Shown here: positions 35,124 to 48,270 of the stretch, one piece after another
Numbering within the stretch: position 1 is the first letter of the stretch
Layout: every line of letters begins with the position of its first letter
NCBI RefSeq assembly: GCF_964194155.1
Contig: NC_135898.1
Span: 17,918,001 to 17,982,000 of the forward strand
Direction of reading: 5' to 3'
DNA from: Cetorhinus maximus
Taxonomy: Eukaryota
DNA length: 64,000 nt
Position numbers and translations under genes: made by a program
Notes under the pieces: generated by a model
Database searches by the model: none
What the model was told of the DNA's origin: nothing
What the model saw: the letters and a program-made list of their open reading frames with translations, nothing else

Positions 35124-36346
35124 TGTTAGGGAATTTCAAGAAGAAATCTGAATACCTAGCAATTAACTGACAGAACTGCACTACAAGATTTCACTTTCTT
35201 AAAACAAACTTTATTGTGTTATATAAAGAGAAATTAAACAAAGTAAACACTATTAACTTAACACTATAGTCTGTAAAGATGTATGCTATAAACTCAGTTC
35301 TACTTTTTACTTCCCCCAAGAGTTCCCTTATCTTATGAAATCTTAAAGCTACATTCGCTTTTCCTGGGACCAACACAAAAGGTATGCCACAGCCCTCCGA
35401 ATTTACATTAATACTCCTTAGTATTCCAGCTATTCCTCTGAGGAAGATTATATGGGGGCCCTTCCATTCCATTTTGGCTATGTGATCCTCCACCTTTTCC
35501 TTTACTGACCTCAATATTGTGCTTGCCTCAGCTCCTTATTTTGGTTGTCTGTCATCCCACAGCTTCCCAAACTAACACTGCTGACTGCTTTCTGCCACAA
35601 GGTTCTGTGAGGACCACTGTATATTTCCTCCACTAGCTGCAAGCTGGAGCAAATCTTACAGCTGCCTTTCCCTCATGAAATCCAAACTAAGATAGAGCCC
35701 TATCCACATTCCATGCAGTAAACAATGAAGTTAGTATTTTTTCAGCTTTATATGCAGGCCTAACTGACTATCACCTCCAGTTGGCTCTCAGTCTGGTGCA
35801 AAGCAGTCTTCACCAAAGCAAAGCTACAGCTGCCTCTATCCATTATCAAACTGAACTGCTTGCTTCTGTCAGCAAACACACTCAGATAAATTAAACAAAA
35901 GAACATTCAAACCCCACATCCCGTCTCCATGATGATGTGGCATGTTTTGGGATGATTCAAACATAAATGCAAATGAGCTATTTTACCTTCAACATAATTC
36001 TTTGATTCTGTAACCTAATTAAATAATTTCTACCCCTAATGGAGTTTTATGATCCTCTTTCCCAGAATTGCTAGCTTTTAGCTTCTTTATACTGAGATAA
36101 CAATAGGCACCCAGCTTGACCAGGTCATCTATTGTTCAGTGTTTACACTTCTAACTCTGACTTTGAAGATAAACATAGGTTAGTCTTTAGCCATAATTAA
36201 CTCCAAGTTTGTTTGAGTTGCATTTACTTCAGTGAAAATTTGTTTATCAGTTTCTCCATCAAATTTTTTTCACAGTTACAACTTCAATTCCCAAAACCAA
36301 AAGTTACATTCTAAAGCATCTGAATGAGGAACTAGATACTCACAAC
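35124..36346 (-). mobile_element. LTR-like sequence
   Basis: TGTT...AACA-type termini and AATAAA on the minus strand near 35210. No TSD found. Confidence 0.4.
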
Positions 36347-36349
36347 AAA

Positions 36350-37650
36350 CATGAGTATCACTGGCAAGGCTCCCTTTTATTGGTCATTCTAATTGGGCAG
36401 AATTTTGCCCTCGGATGGCGGGCGGGCCCCACTGGATCGGCGGTGGGCGGGCAGCCGAACTCCGCTGCCGAAATGGGGCTGGCCGCCATTTTGAGTGGGC
36501 GGGCCAATTAAGGCTCGCCCAGCGGCCTTCCCGACAGGAAGCGCTATGTGCTTCCTGTGCGGGGGCTGGAGGGATTCCCCATCTGTCAAAGTGTGCTCTT
36601 TCGCGCGCATGCTGTCTCAGGAAGTTTACTGACAGGTAAGAAAAGTCAAAAAATAGAGAAATATTAAAATTATTAACATGTCCCCCTCATGTGACAATGT
36701 CACACGTGATGAGACATGTTAATAAGAAACACATAAAGTTTATTACATTTTTAAAAATTGGACATGAAACTTCATCCCACCAGTGGATGAAATTTCATGA
36801 ATAATCTGGAGTCCGCTGGGGCTCCTGGCCTGCCCGCCAGCCTTAAGCTTGGACAGGCAGGGTTTTTAATTATCTTAATGACCCTGTCAATGGCCTCAAT
36901 TGGCCATTGACAGGCCGGCTGATTTCGCTGTCCGCCCGCCTTCCTGCAGATTTAAAGGGACCGGGACGACGTCGGGGGTTCCTCCCGACATCATCCCGCG
37001 TCATTTTCCCCTGGGCGAGTGGGCCCCGCCCCCAAATCGCCGAGGGGAAAATCCTGGCCATTGTCTTTTTGAAGTTGGGAGTAAGCTGCCCTCTTGAAAC
37101 TGCTGCAGTACATGTAGTGTAGCTACACCCAAAGTGCTGTTCAAGAAGGAGTTCCAGGATTTTGATTGAGTGACAATGAAAGAACTGTGATATAGCTCCA
37201 AGTCAGGATTGTGTGTGACTTGGAAGGGAACTTGCAGGTGGTGGTGTTCCCATGCATCTGCTGTCCTTGCCCTTCTAGGTGGTAATGGTTGCGGGTTTGG
37301 AAAGTGGAGTTAAAGGAGCCTTGGCAAGTTGCTTCACTAGTACACACTGTTGCCACTATGTGACAGTGCTGGAGAATGGGAATGTTTACAGTGGTGGTTG
37401 GGGTGCTTTGAGTCAGTTACTTTGTCTTGGATGGCATTGAGCTTCTTGAGTGTTGGAGATACACTCATCCAGGCAATTGGAAACTATTCCATCACACTCC
37501 TGACTTGTGCCTTGCAGATGGTGGGCAAAATTTGGCGACTCAGGAGGTGAGTTACTCGGTATGGAATTCCAGCCTTTGACCTGCTCTTGTAGCCACATTG
37601 GTTGGTCCAGTTAAGTTTCTGATCGATAGTAATCTTTAGGATGTTGGTGA
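36350..37650 (-). mobile_element. LINE 3' fragment (family of 6313-6979), split by the MITE
   Basis: ITIDQKLNW...ICKAQVRSVME on minus; the 3' UTR continues on the other side of the MITE. Confidence 0.8.
36395..37059. mobile_element. Harbinger-family MITE (665 bp)
   Basis: Ends GGGCAGAATTTT and AAAATCCTGGCC. TSD ATT (36392-94, 37060-62). Inserted into the tail of the LINE at 36350-37650. Confidence 0.92.
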
Positions 37651-37659
37651 TCATCCATT

Positions 37660-38200
37660 TCATGTAACACTTCTTCCTTGTGCTCCCACTCCTCAGCTCT
37701 TGCCTGATAGATGATGACAAGGGCTGTTCCCTCATAACGAGCAGGTTGTGCAGCATGCATCATGCTACTACAAATCTTGAAACCTGGTCAGCTGAGTACT
37801 TCAAGACTCCCCCAGCGTGATTCAGATAGCAGAAGCATTGCTTGAGGGCATCAATGGTGCACTCTATAATGATCTTGTGAGACCATGGCTCTCATTGTAG
37901 GCCTGTTATACTCGTTAGCCATGTCATGTTTGGATAACTCTTATTACGCAGTAGCTAACCTTTGACTTGGCATGATGGGTTAAATGCAGATGGCACAGCA
38001 GACTGATGCAAAATGAAGGGCTTGTTACTGCTCAAGGATAACGGGCATTCACCTGAATGATGCACTGTCTATGGTCACAAAATAGCTGCACTTTAAGCAA
38101 GTGGAAATGGACGATTCACATGTGGCACATGCAAGGTAATGTACGTGCAGTCTATGGCACTCTGTACAATGGTGAAATCTGCAATCCATACAAACCCTTG
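37660..38200 (-). pseudogene. Harbinger transposase C-terminal fragment
   Basis: Minus strand YNESH...IIECTIDALKQCFCYLNHAGGVLKYS...CMLHNL. Confidence 0.75.
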
Positions 38201-38479
38201 TACTTGCTCTTCTTGCTTGTCTCTATGTCTTACGCAAGAGCTGAGGAGTGGAAGCTTAGCCTGCCCTACTTAGTGATATTTCTCAAATGTCACAGATGGT
38301 GCCCAGCACCCTTTGCTTTCCTCGCAGTATGCTGGGAGCTCTTGACAAGGCTGTCAACAGCAGGATCAAATAATAAGCACTTCGCTCCTTTGTTTCAATC
38401 CAGGATTCAATATAGTTGAAAGTTAGCCATGGTTGAGAAGCGACCTGCAAATCACCTTCCAGGGAGAAGAGTTCAGGAA

Positions 38480-40035
38480 AAGATATAGAAGCAAGAGTAT
38501 GCCATTCGGCCCCTCAATCTTACTCCGCCATTCAATAAGATCATGGCTGATCTGCTTGTGTTTCAAATTCCACATTCCCATCTAACCCTGCTAACCTTAG
38601 ATTCTTGTTAGGCAAGGGAATCAATCTACCTCTGCCTTAAAAATATTTAGTGACTCCGCTTCGACTGCCTTCTGAGACAGAGAGTTCCAAAGTTGCACAA
38701 CACTCTGAGAGAAAAAAATTCTCCTCATCTCTGTCCTAAAAGGGCACCCCCTAATTTTAAAATAGTGCGCCCTAGTTCTGGATTCACCCACAAGAGGAAA
38801 CATCATTTCCGCGTCCATCTTGTCAAGACCTTCAGGATCTTATATACTTCAATCAAGTCACCTCTTACTCTTCTAAACTCCAGTGGAAACAAGCCTAGCC
38901 TGTCCAACCTATCCTCATAGACCAACCCACTCATTCCTGGTGTCAATCTAATAAACCTCCTCTGAACCACCTCTAATGCATTTACACCCTTCAGTAAATA
39001 ATGAGACCAAAACACACAATATTTGAGATGTGGGCCTGAATTTTTCAGGTGGCAGGTGGGAGCAGGCGGGGACGGTCGTGGAGCCGATCGCCATCCACGA
39101 TCGGCTCCGCGCCGCCATTTTTATGCGGGCAGGCCAATTAAGGCCCGCCCAGCGTAATACGAGAGCTGTAGCACTCAGCATTAATTGTGCGGGCAGGGGG
39201 AGGAGGAAGGGTCGGGGCCAGTGCTCTTTCGTGCATGCACGCGAAAGAACACTTCAATCTACCTGAGGCACAGAGCTGCCTCAGGGAGATTGAATCGATA
39301 TGAAATAATTAAATAAATGGTTTAAAAATTTATTTAAACACATCCCGTACATGAGATGGGACATGTTTTTATATTTCATAAAAGCTTTACGAAACCTCAT
39401 CCTGCTCGTCGATGAAGTTTCCTAAAAAACGCGAAGGCTGCTTGGCCTTTTCGCCTGCCCGCCAACCTTAAGGTTGGATGGGCAGCATTAACAATTGCAT
39501 CAATTACTTTCTTAATGGCCTTAATAGGCCGTTTACATATTGACAGGTACGCAGCCGACTCCGGCATGCACCTGCCGAATGAAATATTGCAGGACTGCGC
39601 GATGACGTTGGGACGCACGCCCGACGTCATTGCGATTCATTTTGCGCAGCAGTGTGTTGGGCCTGCCCCTGCACGCCAACTGAAAAACCCTGCCCGTGGT
39701 CTCACCTGTATAACTGAAGCATAACATCCTTACTTTTATGTTCAATTCCTCTTGTAAAAAAGGATAGCATTCCATTAGCTTTCTTAATTACTTGTTGTAA
39801 CTGCATACTAACTTTTTGTGACTCATGTACTAGAACACCTAGATCCCTCTGCACCTTGGAATTTTGCAGTCGTTCTCCATTTAAGTAATATTCTGCTTTT
39901 TTATTCTTCCTGCCAAAGTGAACAACTTCACATTTTCCCACATTATATTCCAGCTGCCAGAGTTTTGCCCACTCACTCAATCTATCTATATCCGCCTGCA
40001 GCCTCCTTATGTTTCCTTCACAACATACAATAGCT
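38480..40035 (-). mobile_element. CR1 LINE 3' fragment interrupted by a MITE
   Basis: RLQADIDRLSEWAKLWQ..YNVGKC, RGDLIEVYK and WNSL motifs. The LVRPHL codons are split at the MITE. Confidence 0.92.
39033..39695. mobile_element. Harbinger-family MITE (663 bp)
   Basis: Ends GGCCTGAATTTTTCA and TGAAAAACCCTGCCC. TSD GTG (39030-32, 39696-98); removing the MITE and one TSD copy restores the CR1 frame. Confidence 0.92.
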
Positions 40036-41789
40036 CCACCATTAGACCCCCAAGAATGGAATAACTTTGAAAATACATGTGTATATTCTTCTTTTAGTGC
40101 ACATCTTGAAAGCAAATGAAAACATGCTGATGCCAGTGGACATCTGACAACATCCCCAGTCCCCAAATATATGTACACACCCTCACCTACAAGGTATTGG
40201 CTGATACCCCTTTACTTATTTTTTATAGTTGCTCTGTATCCAAATGGAACAGAAGCTGCTCATTCAATATTTGCTATTTGCCATTATAGTGAGAAAACTT
40301 GGGGTGATGGTAAAGAGGGAGGAGAAGGAAGGATATTTTTTACTATTTCCACTATTTTTAAAAAGTAGACATAGTTTAAGCTTGGCAAATGCTTTGGTTT
40401 TTCACATTTTTGGATTCTCTGAGAATTGAACTTCAAAACTGATCTACCGAAAGGTTTTTGCCATTTATTTCATTTTTGAATAGTCATAATTTGAAGTCCG
40501 ATCCGATTACAGCTAACTTTTTCAAATACATAATTACATTTTTATATTTATGGAATCATTTTCCAAAGTTTCCCACAGTTGGGAAGCCTTGTTCACCTCC
40601 CTTATATCTAGAAATTCAGGTGAATTCTGCAAGTGATTTTCTGAGCATTTAAGTCATGCGTAGCATGCACCTGAATTTCAGATGTGTGTTTTCAGTAGGC
40701 AAGTCTCCATACTGAAGTGTAATTGGAAAATTTTCCCATTGGATCTTTATCCAGTTTTTTTACAATACATTTACTGATGATGGAGGATTATATAAGATAA
40801 GTAAGCTTCTGTCATCGATTTTGCAGGTTAATTAAGTAATGTGGAAAATTCTGTGGTGTGTAATGGTGAAATACAATATAAATATCTGAGATTTCATGAA
40901 GTTTTTTGAATAGATATGCTTTTAGGATTATCCTCCCAGTCGATATTCCGGACACAACATTTCTCCATAATTAACTGCATGTTATTCTCTTTAACTCTAC
41001 AAAAGCTACATTCAAAGCAGTGAATATAACTGTATCTATCATCCAGTGACATTTTTAACTGCAACTTTTCATCTCTAGAACCCCTATTTTTTAAGGCTTT
41101 CAACCTTCTGCCCCAAGTGACCCTCATGACAAAGGTGGAAGCTGTGGCATTACATGATTGAACACTGGAGTTTATCTAGGTTTTTGCTCCATCTTCAAGA
41201 ATCTGCAGATATGCAACTCTGGAAAACTGATGGTTCTAGCATTATTAATTTGAGCTGTGTCCTGTGCCAATTTGAAGGAATCAGTACATGGTCTGTGCTA
41301 TTTACAAGGTTGTATTTGTATGAAATTAAGTTTGCCAATTTGGAGGGCAGGAATATCTGATGGAATGACCTCTAATTAAAGGCAACCTACAACATTTTAA
41401 AGGGGTGTATTTTTCAGTGGTAAAAAGTGGACAGTGATATTGTGCAGCAGCAAACAGGATGACTTCAAGCAGGTCCCGTTTCTTGTATGTAAGAGTGGAG
41501 ATACTCATTGACCAAGCAAGCAGCAGGGAGCAGGTTCTTTTCTCTTCTGACAAGTGACAAATGCTGAGGTAAATTGGTTAACAGACATGGAGAGCAGTGA
41601 CAGATCATGTAAATCCCATGAACAAACTCCAAGATCTGGCTTCAGTACAGGAAAATTATTAATGATCTGACTTGGACTGCCAAGGTGAGGCTATCCATCA
41701 TATCTCTTACAGATTTTGCACAGCTCCAGGGGATTGTATTTTAACCCCAGAACTATTAATTGTTCCCTTTCCTATTTCTCATACTCAAG

Positions 41790-44240
41790 ACTGGGCCAAT
41801 CAAATTAGCAATAATACTGAGGCAGATTAATTCCTGGAGTGTGTGCGAGATAGTTTTTTAGACCAATACGTTGAGGAACTGCAGGGAACAGGCTATCCTA
41901 GATTTGATATTGTGCAATGAGAAGGGGTTAATTAATAATCTTGTTGTGCGGAGTCCTTTAGGGAACAGTGACCATAACATGCTATAATTCTTCATTAGGA
42001 TGGAAAGTGAAGTAGTCTGATCTAAAACTAGGATCCTAAATCTAAACAAAGAAAACTACGATGGTGTGAAGTGTGAGTTAGCTAAGATTAATTAGGGAAC
42101 TTCATTAAAAGGTATGACGGTGGATAGGCAATGGCTAATTTTAAGGAACGAATGTATGCATTGCACAGTTATACATTCCCTTCTGGCGCAAAAACACAAC
42201 AGGAAACGTGACCCAACCATGGCTAACAAAAGAAATTAAGGATAGCATTAGATCCAAAGAGGAGTCATATAAAGTTGTTGGAAAAAGTAGCAAGCCTGAG
42301 GATTGGGAACACTTTATAATTCAGCAAAGGAGGACCAAGAGATTGATTAAGAGGGGAAAAATAGAGTATGAGAGTAAACTTGCAAGGAGCATAAAAGCGG
42401 ACTGTAATTGCTTCGATAAGTATGTAAAAAGAAAAAGATCAGTGAAGACAAATGTAGGTCCCTTACAGTCCGAAACAGGAGAATGTATAATAGAGAACAA
42501 GGAAATGGCAGAACAATTAAACAAATACTTTGGTTCTGTCTTCACGGAGGAAGACACAAATAACTTCCCAGAAACCAACTTCCCAGGAACCAAGGGTCTA
42601 GTGAGAAGTGGGAATTGAAGGAAATTAGTGTTATTAAAACAATAGTGCTGGAGAAATTAATGGGACTGAAAGCTAATAAATCCCCAGGGCTTGATAATCT
42701 ACATCCCAGGGTACTAAAGGAGGTGACCGTGGAAATAGTGGAGGTGTTGGCTGTCACCTTCAGAATTTTTCTGTAGATTCTGGAACAGTCCCAGCAGATT
42801 GGAGGGTGGCAAATGTAACCCCACTATTTAAAAAAGGAGGGAGGGATAAAACAGTGACTTACAGACCGGTTAGCTTAAAATCAGTAGTAGGGAAAATGCT
42901 AGAGTCTATTATAAAGGATGTAATAACAGGACACTTAGAAAATATCAACGGGATTAGACAAAGTCACATTGGTCAGAAAGGGAATTCATGTTTGACAAGC
43001 CTACTGGAGTTTTTTGAGGACGTAACTCGCAGAATAGATAATAGAAAGCCAGTGGCTGTGGTGTATTTGGATTTTCAGAAAGATTTTGATAAAGTCTCAC
43101 ATAAGAGATTAGTGTGAAAAATTAAAGCACATGGGATTGCAGGTAATATATTGGCATGGATTGAGAATTGGTTCGCAAGCAGGAAACAGAGAGTAGGAAT
43201 AAATGGATCTTTTTTGGAGTGACAGGAAGTGACTAGTGGGGTACTGCAGGGGTGCTTGGGACCCAGCTATTCACAATATATATCAGTGATTTGGATGAGA
43301 GAATCAAATGTAATATTTCCAAGTTTGCTGACAACATGAAACTTGGTGGGAATATGAGCAGTGAGGAGGGTGTTAAGAGGCTTCAAGATGAATTAGACAA
43401 GTTGAATGGGTGGGCAAATACATGGTAGATGCAGTATAATGTGGATAAGTGTAAAGTTATCCACTTTGGTAGGAAAAGCAGAATGGCAGAGTATTAGTTA
43501 AATGGTGATAGATTGGGAAATGTTGATGTATGAAGGAACCTGGATGTCCTTGTACATCAATCACTGAAGGTAAGCATGCAGGTGCAGCAAGCAGTTAAGA
43601 AGGCTATTGGTATGTTGGCCTACATTGCGAGAGGACTTGAGTACAGGAGCAAGGACATCTTACTGCAGCTATACAGGGCCTTGGTGAGGCCACACCTGGA
43701 GTATTGTGTGCAGTTTTGGTCTTCTTATCTAAGACTTGCCACAGAGCGGGTGCAGCAAAGGTTCATCAGACTGACTCCTGGGATGGCAGGATTGTTGTAT
43801 GGGGAGACATTGGGCCAATTGGCCTGTATTCACAGGAGTTTAGAAGAATGAGAGGAGATCTCATTAAAACGTATAAACTTCTGACAGGGCTGGACAGACT
43901 GGATGCAGGGATGATGTTTCCTCTGGCTGGGGGATCTAGAACAAGGGGTCACAGTCTCAGTAAGCCATTTAGAACTGAGATGAGGAGAAACTTCTTCACT
44001 CAGAGGGTGGTGAACCTGTGGAATTCTCTCCAAAGAAGACTGTGGAGGCCAAGTCACTGAATATATTTAAGAAGGAAATAGACAGATTTCTGGACTCTAA
44101 AGGCATCAAGGGGTATGGGGAGAGAGCGGGAATATGGCATTGAGCTAGAGGATCAGCCATGATTATATTGAATTGCAGAGCAGGCTCGAAGGGCTGAATG
44201 ACCTACTCCTGCTCCTATTTTCTATGTTTCTATGTTCTTA
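41790..44240 (+). mobile_element. Long CR1 LINE ORF2 fragment (endonuclease C-terminus to 3' tail), decayed
   Basis: LGNSDHN, PWLTKEI, ANVTPLFKKG, YRPVSL, VYLDFQK.FDKV, KFADN and VRPHLEYC motifs. Tail (TTCTATGT)n. Confidence 0.95.
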
Positions 44241-44527
44241 ATTTCTGTTTTAATTTCACAGCACTTAATTTCTGTTTCCAATCATACAAACATATGATAA
44301 TGTCAGGCAGGAAAAGATTCACTGTTTCATTAGACCTGGTCTCATAACTGAAATGCCTTGTGCACTACAATGCATACAACCTGACCCCACCCCACCTAAA
44401 AGCCATAATATCTCCTGAGGGCGGCAAAGGACAGATACAAACCGAGGCCAGTTAAGAGGAATGCATCATTCATTCTGAAATCCCTTAAATAGAGCAAATA
44501 TTAATCCATTTTGGTCCTCTTGCAGGT

Positions 44528-45440
44528 GAAGCTGGCACATAACTGGAGTGAGTGTTACAGAAGAAGACCTACCACCCTATAGACACTGTTACCAACAGAG
44601 AAGGCTGCCATCAACACAATGGACAGGGAGTGGATGTCCAGCATCAGCAATTGCTGTGCTGGAGGCTAAACGCGTCAGGGTGTTTAGGTATCTTCCTTTG
44701 TCCTTTCTACTTAACTATCACTCACACCGACACACACGCAGCATGAACACCCAGTGGATGCAGTGACAGCAAGTTGGAGGGTCTGCGTTGGATTATTCAT
44801 GAAGCACAAGTGAGCAAAAGCAGATGGAAAGGACAACCCAGGAAACAGCTCACCAAAGGCTCGTGCATATCCTACTTCTGCTAGATATGCAGGCTTTAGG
44901 TATACAGCCTGGAAAAGAACAATCCTTTCTGTGTACCAGCAATTTCTCAAGCATTTCACGGCTTGCCAGGGATCTTCTGCAACTTGTCAGAGAAAGTCAA
45001 AGAATCCAGTCACAAATTGTGTGGGGTTCTGCTGTATGGCATTCCACACTCTGCATTCATCCATGGACTATCCATCACCTTAATGGACCCTCCCTGCAAG
45101 AGTCTGAAGCAAAAATAATAGCATTTTTCGAATGCTCACATTGCATCATGCAAGCCCTCCTCTGTCTTGGCATGCTGGGAAGCAAAATGGACAGGTGCTT
45201 CAGTCAGATCACGGATAAACAGGAGAAAAGCTAAACTGCAACAAGGCAGACATGCAATGGGAATGGAACATGTTGCCATCTCTCAGGATGACAATATATA
45301 TTGATCCCTTCGTGACCCCTTCTACCACAAACCCAGCTGGGTCAAACCGCCCCATCAGCCACCAAGTTGCAGCACTCTGCAGCCAGGTGCTTTCAGGTTC
45401 GAGCTCCTGGCGATTGCTGACTCGAGGATCTCATAAACTC
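44528..45440 (+). pseudogene. Decayed Harbinger Myb-gene exon 2/3 remnant
   Basis: Acceptor TCTTGCAG followed by VKLAHNW (K.AHN motif). Downstream sequence resembles the exon 3 of other copies. Confidence 0.45.
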
Positions 45441-45559
45441 TTAGCTGAGGTACAACAGCCTTCCACCTCTTATTTTGCAACCATTGCTTCTTTTTTAATA
45501 TAAATTAGTTACTTGGCCTTGGAGGTACAGGGCACAATTTGACATGAAATATGACACAA

Positions 45560-45860
45560 AGGTTGAAAATGTAATAAACATGAAGAAGACAGTTAAAAAA
45601 ATATGAGGTGATACATTTTGGTGGGAAGATTGAGGAGTCACAATACAAGCTAAATGGTACAATTTTAAAGCTGGGGGTGGGGGTTGGTGATGGTGGCGGG
45701 GTATGGCCGGGGGTGGTGTCCTGGTACAAGAAAGAGGTCTGAGAGTGTGCACAAACCTTTGAAGGACAGGCTAACAATGCAGCTAATAAAGTATCTTGGA
45801 TCCTGGGCTTTATAAAGAGAGAATAGAGTACAGCAGCCAGGAAGTTATGCTAACCCTGTG
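45560..45860 (+). mobile_element. CR1 LINE fragment
   Basis: EVIHFG..., Y.LNGT and LGFIKR.IEY motifs. Confidence 0.65.
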
Positions 45861-45879
45861 ATGCAAATGTTTCATCTGG

Positions 45880-46125
45880 CAAACTTGGCATTAGTCATCT
45901 GCTTTATACAGGCAAAAACTGCAGGTTGACTGATGTTATTGTTATTGATATTGGCAACCTGGAGGGAGCTGAAGGAAAAGAAGTTGAGGGCTGCAGTGAC
46001 CTTGACTGCAACTGTTGATTGCAGCTATGCTAAGGAGGTGACAATACTCTGTCACGGCCTTCCTGGAGAAGGAAAACGTCTACGTACACTGTTCTTCAAT
46101 GAACATGTTGTCCTGTGCCTATAAT
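45880..46125 (-). pseudogene. Harbinger transposase N-terminal fragment
   Basis: Minus strand EEQC...FSRKAVTEYCHLL and AVKVTAALNFFS..SLQ. Confidence 0.7.
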
Positions 46126-46639
46126 ACAGCTCTGTAAAAATCAAACAGAAAGGAATTTTAAATACAATATTGTACTGACAACCAGACTTTTATGAATCAA
46201 GCGAGTGAAAAGCCATTGCACGAAATCCCAGCAGGATTCTAAACAGGCAAGCAGCACTGAAAGGGTGAACAGGGGTAAACAATCACAAATTAATATACAA
46301 TTGACAAAAATTAAGAGATATAATGAGGCTCATACAATCCGTGTCCATGGCTTCCTTCCAAAGCTTGCAGAATTTGACACCCATATAGTCGTCATTCATG
46401 ACATTCAGTGAAGTACACTCCTGAAATGATCAATGTGTGCACCATTACTATGGGCCTTCTACAAACTTCTCTTTTATCTATTTTTCTCTTTTCTTGTCTT
46501 GAAGCTATGAACGTGAGATTTGTGTGCCTTTATTAATTGTGAATTGTGTAAACAGGTATATTTGTTTGTTTACTTTTTCTTAGATTAAAGCAACCATCAT
46601 TGTCAGTTGTATTACCAGACAATAATGAAAGGTTATAGC

Positions 46640-46938
46640 TAGGGTTGCCAACCGTCCAGGATTGGCCTTGACAAAAATCGTAGGGACATTTTAAAAAATT
46701 TCTTTGAGCATTTAATTTATCAGATATAGAAATATTGAAATGGGGAGGGGAGAAAAAGACTGTTTGGCTAACAGTCAAGCATCATCCAATTGGGTATTGA
46801 GTCGTTTTACTTTCCAATCGGCATGGGAAGACCATGCGTCACAAGGATGGTTGTATTGACAGACTAAGGGCTGGAACATGGGGGAAAGACATGTAATGAA
46901 ACCTCCAAAAATACATTTAATCACAGTTGACAACCCTA
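46640..46938. mobile_element. hAT-superfamily MITE
   Basis: TIRs TAGGGTTGCCAAC and GTTGACAACCCTA. 8-bp TSD [G/A]TTATAGC at 46632-46639 and 46939-46946. Confidence 0.85.
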
Positions 46939-47039
46939 ATTATAGCCTATTCCCCAGCTTCAGCTTGTTGCTCTTGGTGAAATTTTATGAGCAAGTTAAA
47001 CAAGACAGATTGTTTATCAACTGAAACCTACCAAAAATA

Positions 47040-47450
47040 TAATCATAGAATGGGTATAGCACAGGAAGAAGCCATTCGGCATGTCAGCGCATGCTGGTTA
47101 GAGCAATTCAGCTAGTCCCATACCCCGTCTTTTCACTGTAGTCCTGCAAATCTTTTCTCTTTAGATAATTATCCAATTCCCTTTTGAAATCCATGTTTGA
47201 ATCTGCCTCCACCAGATTCTCAGGCAGTGCATTCCAGATCCTAAATATTGCATAATAAAAGTTTTTCCTCATGTCGCCTCTGGTTCTTTTGCAAATCACT
47301 TTAGATTGTTCTCTTCTGGTTCTCAACCCTTCCTCAATGGGAGCAGTTTCTCCCTATCTGTTCAGACCCCTCATGATTTTGAACACCTCTAATCAAACTT
47401 CCACTCAGCCTTCTCTTCTCTAAGGAGAACAGCCCCAGTTTGGCCAATCT
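47040..47450 (-). mobile_element. CR1 LINE 3' end
   Basis: RGDMRKNF...IWNALPE..VEA...FKRELD.YL motif and tail ATTCTATGATT. Confidence 0.85.
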
Positions 47451-47452
47451 GT

Positions 47453-47935
47453 AACAACAACGTATATTTATATAGCACCTTTAATTTAATGAAACATCTC
47501 AAGGTGCTCCTTGGAGTATTATCAAACAACATATGACACTTTGGAGACGAGGAGATATTAGGTCAGAAGATCAAAAGCTTGGTCAAAGAGGTAGTGTCTT
47601 AAAGGAAGAAAATGAGGTGGAGAGGCAGAGAGGTAGGGAGGGTATTCCAGAGATTGAAGCCTAGGCAACTGAAAGCCACCAATGGTGCAGCAATTAATAT
47701 CGGGGTTGCACAAGAGGCCAGAATTAGATGAGCGCAGATATCTCGGAGGATTATGAGGCTGGAAGAGCTTACAGAAATAGGGAGGGGCAAGGCAATTGAG
47801 ACATTTGAAAACAAAGGTGAGAATTTTAAAATCAAAATGTTGCTGGACTGGGTGTCAAAATAGGTCAGCAAGCATGAAACTTGGTGCAGGTTAAGACACA
47901 AGCAGCAGAGTATTGAATGATTGAATGTTTATGGT
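47453..47935 (-). mobile_element. L2 LINE 3' fragment
   Basis: AFSCLG..LWN.LP motif; tail GTGCTATATAAATATACGTTGTTGTT on minus. Confidence 0.8.
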
Positions 47936-48270
47936 GTCAGCATAAACTGAGACTGAAATGGAACAATTCTTTAGTGGAATAAAATATTAGTGATAACTCA
48001 AGCATCTGGATACATGACAAGGAAGCAAGCCACAATAGATGGCTGGACTGTCTGGTGCAAGTGAGAGTTGAGTTCCATCAGCCACTAATTGTCACCTTTG
48101 TATGTCTGTAATCAAAGGAAAATGGACATCAGCCACAGGGAGCTCCAGTTTGCTTTTGAGATTTTACATATTTCTTAGGTTTGAGCAGAACATCTCTAAA
48201 ATATCATCAATGTTCCTTTGGCCATACATTGCTATTCTGAAGTAACAGAAGTTCAAATTATACAAGTTAT

